A DNA stretch of 63,898 nt, counting the filler. It is 6 parts of 6 records of this genome, joined end to end, with 100 filler letters (N's around TTAATTAATTAA, not from the genome) between each part and the next. Parts side by side here need not be neighbours in the genome. Positions count along the whole stretch, not along the records: positions 9,557 to 39,959 come from SRR20825010_3318; positions 40,060 to 51,355 come from SRR20825010_3319; 4 more parts are not named here. One strand, 5' to 3'. A program made the translations under genes and the position numbers. The notes below the pieces were generated by a model. That model saw only the letters and a program-made list of their open reading frames with translations. It did no database searches and was not told the origin of the DNA. Positions 37,872 through 46,908 of the stretch are shown here, piece by piece; position 1 is the first letter of the stretch; each line of letters begins with the position of its first letter.

Positions 37872-38891
37872 ATGTCGAACACCTTTCCTCGTCGCCAAGC
37901 GTTGTTGGCGGCCTCAACTGTCGCCGCCGCACTGCCCGCCTCGCAACTTTTTGCGTCCGAGTCACCCACGAGGCTGACGGCGGCGAAATCGTCGGTCGAC
38001 GCGATTCCGACGCCACCGCTGGCAATGAACACCAGCACGCTTCGCGGACACAACTTGACCGTGCCCCAGCAAATCGAGGTCGTTGCCAAAGCTGGGTTTG
38101 ATGGGATCGAACCATGGATTCGCGATCTGCGAAGCTATGTCGATGGTGGCGGCAGCGTTTCTGATTTGAAGAAACAACTCGACGATTCAGGATTGAATGT
38201 TGTCGGCGCGATCGGTTTTGCTCGTTGGATCGTTGACGACCCGGCGGCACGCCAAGCTGGTTTGGAGGAGGCCAAGCGGGACATGGAGTTGGTCGCTTCG
38301 CTCGGCGGCACGCAAATGGCCGCACCTCCGATCGGCGTTCATCGAAAGGAAGAGCTTGGTGATGGTGGTGCGCCGTCGCTCGAGACAATCGGTGAACGTT
38401 ACCGAGCGATTTTGGAGCTTGGCGACACGATGGGAGTGACACCGCTGCTGGAGCTTTGGGGTTTCTCGCCGGTGCTGCACCGGTTGGCAGAGTTGGCTTA
38501 CGTTTCGACGGCGGCGGCTCATCCGTCCGCCGCGGTGCTGCCGGATTTCTATCACATTTACAAAGGCGGCAATGACATGTCGTCGCTGGGCATGATCGAA
38601 GCCTCACGCATGCCGCTGTTCCACATCAACGACTATCCCAGTCAGCCCGGCATCGATGTGATCGCCGACAAAGATCGCGTGTACCCGGGCGATGGAGTGT
38701 GTGACTTGGTCGGCACCATTTCCATGTTGCTTCGCAACGGATTTGTCGGCACGTTTTCGTTGGAGCTGTTCAATCCGACTTATTGGAAGCTGCCCGCGGA
38801 AAAGGTCGCCGCGGAAGGTTGCCAGAAATCGCGTGACGTGATCGCGAAAGCGGTCGAAGCGGCCCAGCAAGCCTCGGCCGCGCAGGCTTGA
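37872..38891 (+). CDS. Sugar phosphate isomerase/epimerase (AP endonuclease 2 TIM barrel) with Tat-like leader
   Basis: FPRRQALL leader; AGFDGIEPW, LELWG, DFYH, HIND, PGDG and SLELF motifs. Confidence 0.9.
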   Translation: MSNTFPRRQALLAASTVAAALPASQLFASESPTRLTAAKSSVDAIPTPPLAMNTSTLRGHNLTVPQQIEVVAKAGFDGIEPWIRDLRSYVDGGGSVSDLKKQLDDSGLNVVGAIGFARWIVDDPAARQAGLEEAKRDMELVASLGGTQMAAPPIGVHRKEELGDGGAPSLETIGERYRAILELGDTMGVTPLLELWGFSPVLHRLAELAYVSTAAAHPSAAVLPDFYHIYKGGNDMSSLGMIEASRMPLFHINDYPSQPGIDVIADKDRVYPGDGVCDLVGTISMLLRNGFVGTFSLELFNPTYWKLPAEKVAAEGCQKSRDVIAKAVEAAQQASAAQA

Positions 38892-39925
38892 ACCGAATGA
38901 AATCGTTTTTGGCCTGGGGACGACGGCACGGGTTTCTTCTGACGTTGGCGGTCTTGTTCGCGATTGGATTCACCGCCGCTGATTACCTTCGACCGGTGGC
39001 AGAACAGGACTGGCTTCGCAGTGCGGTGGTGTTCGCCGTGATGTGGGCCTCGGGCATGACGCTGCCTTTGCATTCGGTGACCGATGCGGTGCGGAGACCG
39101 ACCGCGGTGTTGGCAGCGGTCAGCCTGAACACAGTGGCGGTCCCTTTGGCCGCATGGTGGATTGCAGGATGGATCGCACCAGAATGGAAGTTGTCGTTCT
39201 ATGTGGCGTCGTTGGTGCCCTGCACGCTCGCGTCGGCGATGGTGTGGACGCGTCGAGCGGGCGGTGACGATTCGATCCCGATGCTGACGACATTCGTGAC
39301 CAATCTCGCCTGCGTCGGTGTGATCCCGCTGGGATGGTGGTTGGTTTCGGACACCGAAGCGGTGGCGGAGCTCACTCGCGGGCTGCAGGAGATCGGGGCA
39401 GCCGTTGGTGGCGACGGATCGGGTGGTCAGACACTGGCGAGCCAGGCGATCAAGTTAGGATTGGTGGTGGTGGCACCGTTGACATTGGCCCAGTGCATGC
39501 GGCATTGGGGATGGGCCGAGTGGGCCGATCGAGCCAAGCCGACTTTGTCCTGGGCAGCCCAGGGAGGCATCCTGGTCATGGTGCTGTTCGGCGCCGTGAC
39601 CACCGCTGACAAGTTGGTTTCCATCACCGAGGAAGACGGCGTGGCCGTGTTTGCTCAACTGATTGCGGCCGCATCGGTGATTCACTTGGTGTGCTTGTTG
39701 ATTGGGATCCTGTTCACGCGTTGGATCTTAGGCCGGGGGCGCGAGACACAGATTGCGGTGGGTTTCTCGGTCAGTCAGAAAACGCTCGCGATTGGGTTGC
39801 AAGCGTCCATGGACTTGGGCGTCAGCGTGTTGCCGATGATCGTTTACCACATCACTCAGTTGGTCTGGGACACCGTGGTCGCCGATGCTTGGATGGCGAA
39901 GGGGAACGAGGATACGGCCGAGTGA
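38888..39925 (+). CDS. Bile acid:sodium symporter (SBF-like) family protein
   Basis: PCTLASAMVWTRRAGG, SQKTL and PMIVYH motifs; many TM helices. Alternative ATG at 38897. Confidence 0.88.
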   Translation: MNRMKSFLAWGRRHGFLLTLAVLFAIGFTAADYLRPVAEQDWLRSAVVFAVMWASGMTLPLHSVTDAVRRPTAVLAAVSLNTVAVPLAAWWIAGWIAPEWKLSFYVASLVPCTLASAMVWTRRAGGDDSIPMLTTFVTNLACVGVIPLGWWLVSDTEAVAELTRGLQEIGAAVGGDGSGGQTLASQAIKLGLVVVAPLTLAQCMRHWGWAEWADRAKPTLSWAAQGGILVMVLFGAVTTADKLVSITEEDGVAVFAQLIAAASVIHLVCLLIGILFTRWILGRGRETQIAVGFSVSQKTLAIGLQASMDLGVSVLPMIVYHITQLVWDTVVADAWMAKGNEDTAE

Positions 39926-39959
39926 TGTACGGTTAGCAGGCTGTTGATTTAGTCGCATA

Positions 39960-40059
39960 NNNNNNNNNNNNNNNNNNNNNNNNNNNNNNNNNNNNNNNNN
40001 NNNTTAATTAATTAANNNNNNNNNNNNNNNNNNNNNNNNNNNNNNNNNNNNNNNNNNNN
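39960..40059. other. Artificial contig linker
   Basis: N run with TTAATTAATTAA. Confidence 0.99.
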
Positions 40060-40080
40060 CCCCTGGAAGGGAACTCCTAC
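40060..40080 (-). repeat. Truncated GTAG-type REP at contig edge
   Basis: Minus strand reads GTAGGAGTTCCCTTCCAGGGG just downstream of the response regulator stop. Confidence 0.45.
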
Positions 40081-40095
40081 AAGTAGGCGGTGATG

Positions 40096-40779
40096 TTACG
40101 GCGTTTCCAACCGATAGCCCACGCCGTACACACTGCCAATCCAGTCATGGGATTGTTCGTCGCCGTCGCTGAGTTTGCGGCGCAGTTTACGGATATGGCT
40201 GTCGATGGTGCGGTCGGAAACCACGCGGTGGTCTTGATAGATTTCGTCCATTAACTGGTCCCGGGACCAGATGCGGCCGGGTTGGCGGGACAGGGTGGCG
40301 AGCAGGGCAAATTCGATAGCGGTGAGGGCGATGCGCTGCTGGCCCTGTGGTTGTTTGAGGATGGCTTCATAGCGTTCTTCATCGAGTTGCAATGCATGGG
40401 CTTGCGCGCTGGGTTCCGGGTTGGCGCGGCGTAGCACGGCTTTTACCCGAGCCACCAGTTCGCGAGGGCTAAACGGTTTGCAGATGTAATCATCGGCGCC
40501 CAGTTCCAGGCCCAGCAGCCGGTCCACTTCATCTACCCGGGCGGTGACCATGAGGATCGGCACGTTGCTGTGCTGGCGGATGGCCTTGCACACTTCCATG
40601 CCGTCTCCGTCGGGCAGCATCAAATCCAGCAGCACGGCCTGAAAGGATTGCTCACGGGCCAGAGTGATGGCGACCTTGGCGCTGTCTGTCTGCTCGGTCT
40701 GGTAATGGGCGTGATGAAGGTAATCCGCCACCAGCTGTGACAGGCGCGGTTCATCTTCCACGATCAGGATGCGGCTCAT
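40096..40779 (-). CDS. OmpR-family response regulator (BaeR-like)
   Basis: VEDE, LDLMLP, GADDYICKPF, DRTIDSHIR and YGVGY motifs. Confidence 0.93.
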   Translation of the reverse strand: MSRILIVEDEPRLSQLVADYLHHAHYQTEQTDSAKVAITLAREQSFQAVLLDLMLPDGDGMEVCKAIRQHSNVPILMVTARVDEVDRLLGLELGADDYICKPFSPRELVARVKAVLRRANPEPSAQAHALQLDEERYEAILKQPQGQQRIALTAIEFALLATLSRQPGRIWSRDQLMDEIYQDHRVVSDRTIDSHIRKLRRKLSDGDEQSHDWIGSVYGVGYRLETP

Positions 40780-42131
40780 TGGGTGTCTCCCGGTAGTGAT
40801 ATCAGGATGCGAACGCCACCCAGAGGGCTGTGCTCTGCATGAACAGTGCCGCCGTGGGCCTCAACAATGCGCAGGCAAATAGCGAGTCCCAGGCCGGCCC
40901 CGCCGGTACGGCGGTTGCGGGAGCTTTCTACCCGGTAGAGGTGATCAAACAGTTTGGGCAGGGCGTCGTCGGGAACGCCGGGGGCGCTGTCATCCACCAC
41001 CAGCAACCAGGTGTCGTCTTTCTGTTGGTTCAGGGAGACGGCTAACTCGCCGCCGTCGGCAGTGTACTTGAGACTGTTCTGGAACAGGTTATCCAGTAAC
41101 TGGCGCAGCCGCACGGGATCCTGCTGGATCACGGCCTGGTCGGGAAGAGTGATTTTGCAGGTGATGTCACGCTGCGCGAACGAACCTCGATAACTGTCGA
41201 GTACCTCTTCCACCAGGCTGCTCAAGTCTTCCAGGCGGAACTGATAGCGCAGGTTGCCGCCGTCGGCCAACGCCAGGTCGTGCAGGTCGTTAATCAGGTG
41301 GGTCAGTTGAGCGACTTCACTTTCCAGCCCTTTCAGGTTTTCCTGATTCAGGGGACGTATGCCATCGCACAGTGCTTCCAGCTCGCCCTGGAGAATCGCC
41401 ACCGGGGTGCGTAGCTCATGGGCGATATCCGAGAACCAGCGTTGCCGTGCCTGCTGGCCCTGGTCGAGACGCTCGGCTAACTGGTCAACCTGACGGGTCA
41501 AGGTGCCGAGCTCATCCCGGCGGTCGCTGGCCAGACGAGAGTCGTAGTTACCTTCCTGCAGTTCAGCGGTATGGCGGGAAAGCGCCAGAATCGGTGCCAC
41601 TAGGTGGCGGGCCAGCAGCCAGGAAACCAGCAGAGACAGGCCGAGCCCTACGCACAGCATCCACAGGGCAAAGCGAAGCTGGCGGCCCATGAAACGGCGG
41701 TCGAGTTTATCGCGAATGGCTTCCTGGTCTGGGTAAGTCAGATAACCCACGATGCGGTGGTCATCCTGAATGGGCACATCGACACGGTATTTTTCCGGGG
41801 CAGGAGGGCCAAGCAGCACACGCTTGCGGGCATCGAGCAGTTGCAGGTGGCGGTGGTCGCCGCGGTCGTCTTTGCCTTCTTCCCGGTCACCGGCCAGCCA
41901 GTAAAGTCGCTTCAGGCGGCGGGGATCATCGCGCAGAAACTGCCAAGAGCCCTGTTGTTGATAGAGCGTGCCCAGGTGATCGGCCAGCCGTTCTACCTGG
42001 GATTGCTGGCGTTCGTCCAGGTAGGTATCCAGGCTGCGCACGAAAGACAGGTAATAGAACCCGCTGGCCGCCACAATCAGGACCAGGAAGGTGCCCAGGA
42101 AGATCAGAAACAGTTTATTGCGAATGCCCAT
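40776..42131 (-). CDS. Sensor histidine kinase (BaeS-like)
   Basis: Two TM helices, HAMP (DELG), HELRTP, NSLKY and GAGLGL; ATGA overlap with the regulator. Confidence 0.93.
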   Translation of the reverse strand: MGIRNKLFLIFLGTFLVLIVAASGFYYLSFVRSLDTYLDERQQSQVERLADHLGTLYQQQGSWQFLRDDPRRLKRLYWLAGDREEGKDDRGDHRHLQLLDARKRVLLGPPAPEKYRVDVPIQDDHRIVGYLTYPDQEAIRDKLDRRFMGRQLRFALWMLCVGLGLSLLVSWLLARHLVAPILALSRHTAELQEGNYDSRLASDRRDELGTLTRQVDQLAERLDQGQQARQRWFSDIAHELRTPVAILQGELEALCDGIRPLNQENLKGLESEVAQLTHLINDLHDLALADGGNLRYQFRLEDLSSLVEEVLDSYRGSFAQRDITCKITLPDQAVIQQDPVRLRQLLDNLFQNSLKYTADGGELAVSLNQQKDDTWLLVVDDSAPGVPDDALPKLFDHLYRVESSRNRRTGGAGLGLAICLRIVEAHGGTVHAEHSPLGGVRILISLPGDTQ

Positions 42132-42286
42132 GGCGCTACATCGTCAGTCAGGACAGTCAGTGTAGCGCGCGAGCGGTAGAGGTGGGCTGGTTTGCACAAT
42201 CTTTCCATAATGCGGCATAAGCCGGACGAAGCCGTTGGCGCGTGTTTTTTACGTCAGGCGTCAAGCATGGGGCGTCCGGCACTCAT

Positions 42287-42874
42287 TTATCGGTCCGCCT
42301 TTGGTACCCACAGGGTTTCCGGGTGTTCGTGGCGCAGGTTGATGAGCCGGGCCATCACGAACAGCAGATCAGAGAGTCGATTGATCAACGCCTGGCTCAC
42401 CGGATTAACCGCCTCTTCGTCGGCCTCGTGCAAGGCAATAACGTGGCGTTCCAGGCGGCGAGCCACGGTGCGGCAGTGGTGGCACCAGGCGGCATCCGGG
42501 TGGCCGCCGGGGAGCACAAACTCTTTCAGTGGGGGGAGTTCGGCGTTGATGGTATCGGCCTGGGATTCCACTTCCACCAAGTCATGGTCATCAATGACGC
42601 GATGGCCGGGAATGGCCAGCTCGCCGCCGATGTCGAACAGCATTTGCTGAACCAAGCCCAGTACCGCGTCCAGATCGCTATCCAGCGTTCGGGCGCGCAG
42701 CACGCCCAAGGCGCTGTTCAGTTCGTCCAGCTCGCCCAGCACCACAATGCGCGGGTGAAACTTGCTCACCCGTGAACCGTCTGCCAGGCCGGTTTCGCCG
42801 GCATCCCCGGTGCGGGTGATGACCCGGTTGATGCGGGTCTTGTCGCGGTTTCCGGTTCCGTTGGTATCACTCAT
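42287..42874 (-). CDS. PduO-type ATP:cob(I)alamin adenosyltransferase
   Basis: TRTGDAGET, DELNS, FVLPGG, RTVARRLER and NRLSD motifs. Confidence 0.92.
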   Translation of the reverse strand: MSDTNGTGNRDKTRINRVITRTGDAGETGLADGSRVSKFHPRIVVLGELDELNSALGVLRARTLDSDLDAVLGLVQQMLFDIGGELAIPGHRVIDDHDLVEVESQADTINAELPPLKEFVLPGGHPDAAWCHHCRTVARRLERHVIALHEADEEAVNPVSQALINRLSDLLFVMARLINLRHEHPETLWVPKADR

Positions 42875-44844
42875 TACAGCTCCATGCCCAGTGCGACCCG
42901 GTAATGGCGTTCTGGCAACGGGTAGAGAACCGCGTTGCTGCTACCGGGGTTGTAGTTACCGTAGTCCGCATTCACGTTGTCTTCCAGGTTGTAGACACCG
43001 GCTTTGAGATAGAGTTTGCGATAGCGGGCTGTCAGTTGCAGATCGGTGGTGCGGTAGTGATCCAGTTTGCGGTACGCATTGTCCAGGTCACCGTCGTAAT
43101 GACGGTCGCCCACGTAGCGGTGGCTGATCTGGGCGGACAGCCAGGCGAGCGCCTGCCAGTCGGCAATCAGTTCCATGGTGTGTTCGGGCACCAGGGGGAC
43201 GTCGTTGCCGCTGAAGGGGCCGCCATCAAAACGGGCTTGCTGGGCGCTGGCGTTGGCGGTGAAGGTGATGTCCTTGTCCAGCCGCCAGCGGGAGTTGATG
43301 CTGACGCCCTTGTGCACGGTGCGGTCGTCCAGATTGCGATTGGCGAAGGCGATGGGGTCGTAAACGATTTCGTTATCAATCTCGGCGCGCCAGAAGGTCA
43401 GCGTGGAGTGCTGCCGGCCCTGAGACCAGCTGGCGCCGGTGGTGTAGCTGTGGCCGGTTTGCGGATCGATGGGCGGGTTGAACGGGGACAGTTCATCCAC
43501 ATTGGCGATGCGTACGCTGCGCTGGGCGCCGGCGAACACGGCCAGGTTGCCGGTGAAGGTGTAGCGGATGCCGCCCTCGTACATTTCGCCATCCTGGTCC
43601 TTGTCGGCCCCTTCTCCGCTGAGGGTGCTCTCCAGTTGGCGGGCGCCGGCGCTCACCGAGAGTTTCGGCGTCAGGCTGACCAGGTTGTGCAGGTACCAGG
43701 CGCGCTGGCTTTGCTCCAGTTCCCGATCGCCGAAATTGGTCCGGCTGGTGTAATCGTATTCGTGCAGATCAACGCCCAGTGTCCAGTTATGCATGGCACT
43801 GCCGGTGGCGGTCTGGCCTTCCAGCTTGGGGGTGAAGCTGTAGCTGTCCACCACTGACTCGCCGTTGAAACCGCTGGAAGGGTAGCGGTATTGCTGGGTC
43901 TGGCGGCGGCGGCTGGCGTCCAGAGTGAGCGCGGTGTTGCCGGCCATGGCGATGCGCAGGCCGGGCATCAGCCAGTAGCTTTCCTGCTCCGCGTCGTCGT
44001 CGGGGGTATCGGCTCCTTGTGGATCATTGTTGAACTCCATGGGATCGCGGCCTCCCGGCAGGCCCTGGGACTGCCGGGTGCCATTGGCGGTGAAATAGGC
44101 TTCAACGCCGTCCTGCTGGTAGCGCAGGTCAGCGAAGGCGCTGTCGTTACGCAGGGCGTTGTTGTCTCGATAACCATCGCTGTCCAGGGTGCTCAGCGCC
44201 ACGGCACCGCTCAGATTGCCGTGGTTGCCGGTGGCGTAGCCGTTGCCCCCGAGGCTGTTGTAACTGCCGCTGTTGATTTCCAGCCCGGCGCTGTTGCGGT
44301 AGCTGCGGCGGGTGACGATGTTGACCACGCCGCCCACGGCGCCGTTGCCGTACAGGGCCGCCCCGGCACCGGGTAGCACTTCGATGCGTTCGATGGCGGC
44401 CAGGGGAATGCCGGTCAGTTCCGGGGTGGTCAGGTCGATGTTGGAGAGCCGGCGGCCGTTCAGCAAGATCAGGGTGTTCTGGTTGCCGGTGGCGCCGAAA
44501 CCGAGCAGATCCACGCTGGCGTTACTGCCGTTGATGCCATACAGGCGACTGCTTTGCAGGCCGCCCACGGTGTCGAGCAGGTCCGCGAGATTGGTGGCCG
44601 GCAGGCTGTCGATGGCTTCCCGGTCGATCACCACTGTGCCGGTGGGCAGTTCGCCGGCCAGGCTGGTATTGCGAGCGCCACTGACTTTGACCGTGCCCAG
44701 GGCATGACGGTCGCTGGCTGCGTCCGTCGTGTTTGTTGTGTCAGTGGGTTCACCGGCGATCCCCTGCAATGGGGCGGCGAGTAACAGGCTGACAGCAGCA
44801 GGAAAAAAAAGCGCGGGATAGCGAGTGGCGTGGTGAGTGGACAT
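42874..44844 (-). CDS. TonB-dependent receptor (probably corrinoid uptake)
   Basis: Signal peptide, plug motifs (LILLNGR, IERIEVL, LYGNGAVGGVVNIVT) and GVYNL. TAATG overlap with the PduO gene. Substrate is inferred from context only. Confidence 0.9.
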   Translation of the reverse strand: MSTHHATRYPALFFPAAVSLLLAAPLQGIAGEPTDTTNTTDAASDRHALGTVKVSGARNTSLAGELPTGTVVIDREAIDSLPATNLADLLDTVGGLQSSRLYGINGSNASVDLLGFGATGNQNTLILLNGRRLSNIDLTTPELTGIPLAAIERIEVLPGAGAALYGNGAVGGVVNIVTRRSYRNSAGLEINSGSYNSLGGNGYATGNHGNLSGAVALSTLDSDGYRDNNALRNDSAFADLRYQQDGVEAYFTANGTRQSQGLPGGRDPMEFNNDPQGADTPDDDAEQESYWLMPGLRIAMAGNTALTLDASRRRQTQQYRYPSSGFNGESVVDSYSFTPKLEGQTATGSAMHNWTLGVDLHEYDYTSRTNFGDRELEQSQRAWYLHNLVSLTPKLSVSAGARQLESTLSGEGADKDQDGEMYEGGIRYTFTGNLAVFAGAQRSVRIANVDELSPFNPPIDPQTGHSYTTGASWSQGRQHSTLTFWRAEIDNEIVYDPIAFANRNLDDRTVHKGVSINSRWRLDKDITFTANASAQQARFDGGPFSGNDVPLVPEHTMELIADWQALAWLSAQISHRYVGDRHYDGDLDNAYRKLDHYRTTDLQLTARYRKLYLKAGVYNLEDNVNADYGNYNPGSSNAVLYPLPERHYRVALGMEL

Positions 44845-44913
44845 TCATCCTCCGAACAATGGGGTCTGCACGCAGGGGAGCTTACCAGAGCCAGCCGCTG
44901 AGGGCCTGTGCGT

Positions 44914-45798
44914 TTATGTGGGCGCCTGGCCGCTCAGGGCCTCGATCAGGCGGCGGTGGCTGGGCAGATCCATGCCGTGGCGTTGTGCCTGGCGAAGCAG
45001 CCAGCCATTGATGGCCTCGATTTCCGTGGTGGCGCCGCGCTGCCGGTCGGCGCGCATGGATGAGGTGTTGCCGGCGGTATCGCGGGCCACCTGTAGGACA
45101 GCGGAGAACGAATTGCCGGGCCAGCGGGAATCCAGAGCGGTTAGCAGTGTGTCGGCCTCGGCGCAGAGCGCGCGGGCTTGCTGTTGCAAGGACGGGTCGG
45201 AAACCAGCGCTCCGTTGGGCACATCGTGCAGGGCGGTAAGCGGGTTGATTACCGCATTGGCGACCAGTTTTTTCCACTGCACCCAGCGAATGTCTGCTTC
45301 CCAGCACAGATTGGGCCAGTGGCGCTGCAGGCCTTCAAACCATGCCGGGGGTTGCGGCAGGCCGCCGAGCCAGGTGGTGTTCTCAGCCACGATAGTGTGC
45401 TGCGGTGACTGCCCTTTCACTGCGCTGGTGGTGATGGCTTCCAGCATAGTCGCGCCAGCGGGAAGGCGGCCATCCAGCGCGCCCATGCCATTCTGGAAGC
45501 GCAGCACCAGGGTCGTGCTGTCCAGGTGACCGTTTACCCGGCGTAAAGCCGCTTCCGTGTAAGGCGTTTTGCTGGCCACCAGCAAATGCGTAATGGTGCT
45601 GTGAAATTGCGATGGGCTGACACAGGGCAGGGTCAGGGAGGCATTATGCTCAGCAAAGATCAATGTCTTGTGCTGGGGAGGGGCAGGGCTGTCAGTCACA
45701 ACGCTGACGGTATGGCCCGCACGGGTCAGATACCAGGCCGCCAGGGTGCCCATGTTGCCGGCGCCGAGCAGGTGCCAGTGAGGAAGGGATTCAGTCAT
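44914..45798 (-). CDS. panE: 2-dehydropantoate 2-reductase (ketopantoate reductase)
   Basis: GAGNMG, QNGMG, WKKLVANAVINPLTA, NTSSM and TEIEAING motifs. Confidence 0.9.
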   Translation of the reverse strand: MTESLPHWHLLGAGNMGTLAAWYLTRAGHTVSVVTDSPAPPQHKTLIFAEHNASLTLPCVSPSQFHSTITHLLVASKTPYTEAALRRVNGHLDSTTLVLRFQNGMGALDGRLPAGATMLEAITTSAVKGQSPQHTIVAENTTWLGGLPQPPAWFEGLQRHWPNLCWEADIRWVQWKKLVANAVINPLTALHDVPNGALVSDPSLQQQARALCAEADTLLTALDSRWPGNSFSAVLQVARDTAGNTSSMRADRQRGATTEIEAINGWLLRQAQRHGMDLPSHRRLIEALSGQAPT

Positions 45799-45873
45799 GG
45801 CGGGAATGGTAAGCCCTGAGAGCCATGAAATGGAGCGTTTTTCTCAGCGAGAGCTTTCGGGATGGTTGCTGTG

Positions 45874-46824
45874 TCAGGCACTCGCCGCAGAGGAGACGAT
45901 CCGCTTTTCTGCCAGCGCTTGCTCCAGTTCCAGGGTGGCTTGTTCCAGCATGCCGTCAGCGCTGTTGCCGCCGGCTGAAGCGGTCAGGGCAATGCTGACT
46001 TGCAGGCTGAGAAAGCCTGCAGCGGTCTGGTAGGCGCGGTGATTCAGGCTGTCGTAAAGGCGTCGAAAGCTGGTGGGATCACAGTGACTCAAATGCGGCT
46101 GATGGGTGATCAGCGCAAAGTGATCCTGTTGCAGGCGACACAGGTGATCCATGGGACGTACGGACTGGCGTAGTCGGCGACTAAAAGCCAATACCCCTTG
46201 CTGCATGACCTTGTTGCCGCGCTGGCGTTGTTGTTGCTCGAAATCTTCCAGGCGCATCAGCAGCATGCAGGCGGCGCCGCCGCGTTTCTGGGCGTGTTTG
46301 AGTGTGCTGTCCAGCGCGCGCAGGGCGTCCTGGCGATTGCCAAAACCGGTGAGAGGGTCGATCAGGGCCTGGCGTTTGAGCTGGCGGTTCACCGTCAGCA
46401 TGCGCTGGTAGTCGGTCTGTACCCGGTTGTGGCGCTGGATAATGCGGTCGGCGGCCATCACTCGGTGTTGCAGTTGTTCGGTCATGGCAGATTTGGAAAC
46501 GAAATCGTCCACGCCCTGATCGAACGCTTGCTGCAGGGCGTTCACGCCTTCACGGGCGGTGAGCAGCAACACGTAGGTATAGCGGTTGTTGGCCTCATCG
46601 TTCTGACGAATGCGGCGGGTCAGCTCCAGGCCATCCATGCCGGGCATCAACCAGTCGGCCACCACCAGATCGGCTGGCTTTTCAGCCAGCTGGCCAAGGG
46701 CGTCGTGGGCGCTGTGGGCGTGGCGAATGCTGGTATAACCAGCGGTGGCCAGAGTGCGGTTGACCACGGCGGCGGAGAAGCGGGCGTCGTCTACCACCAG
46801 GATATCGAGTTCAGAGACGGTCAT
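45874..46824 (-). CDS. Response regulator: REC plus degenerate GGDEF domain
   Basis: VVDD, DWLMPGMDG and DPLTGFGNR; the active-site position reads RLQQDHF. Confidence 0.88.
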   Translation of the reverse strand: MTVSELDILVVDDARFSAAVVNRTLATAGYTSIRHAHSAHDALGQLAEKPADLVVADWLMPGMDGLELTRRIRQNDEANNRYTYVLLLTAREGVNALQQAFDQGVDDFVSKSAMTEQLQHRVMAADRIIQRHNRVQTDYQRMLTVNRQLKRQALIDPLTGFGNRQDALRALDSTLKHAQKRGGAACMLLMRLEDFEQQQRQRGNKVMQQGVLAFSRRLRQSVRPMDHLCRLQQDHFALITHQPHLSHCDPTSFRRLYDSLNHRAYQTAAGFLSLQVSIALTASAGGNSADGMLEQATLELEQALAEKRIVSSAASA

Positions 46825-46908
46825 CGGATTTCTTGTTGTTTTTTGTAAGTCTCCACTATAGCCGGTTTGCGAATTGATTGAAAAGTAATCGATGAGCGGT
46901 GTTTGGGG

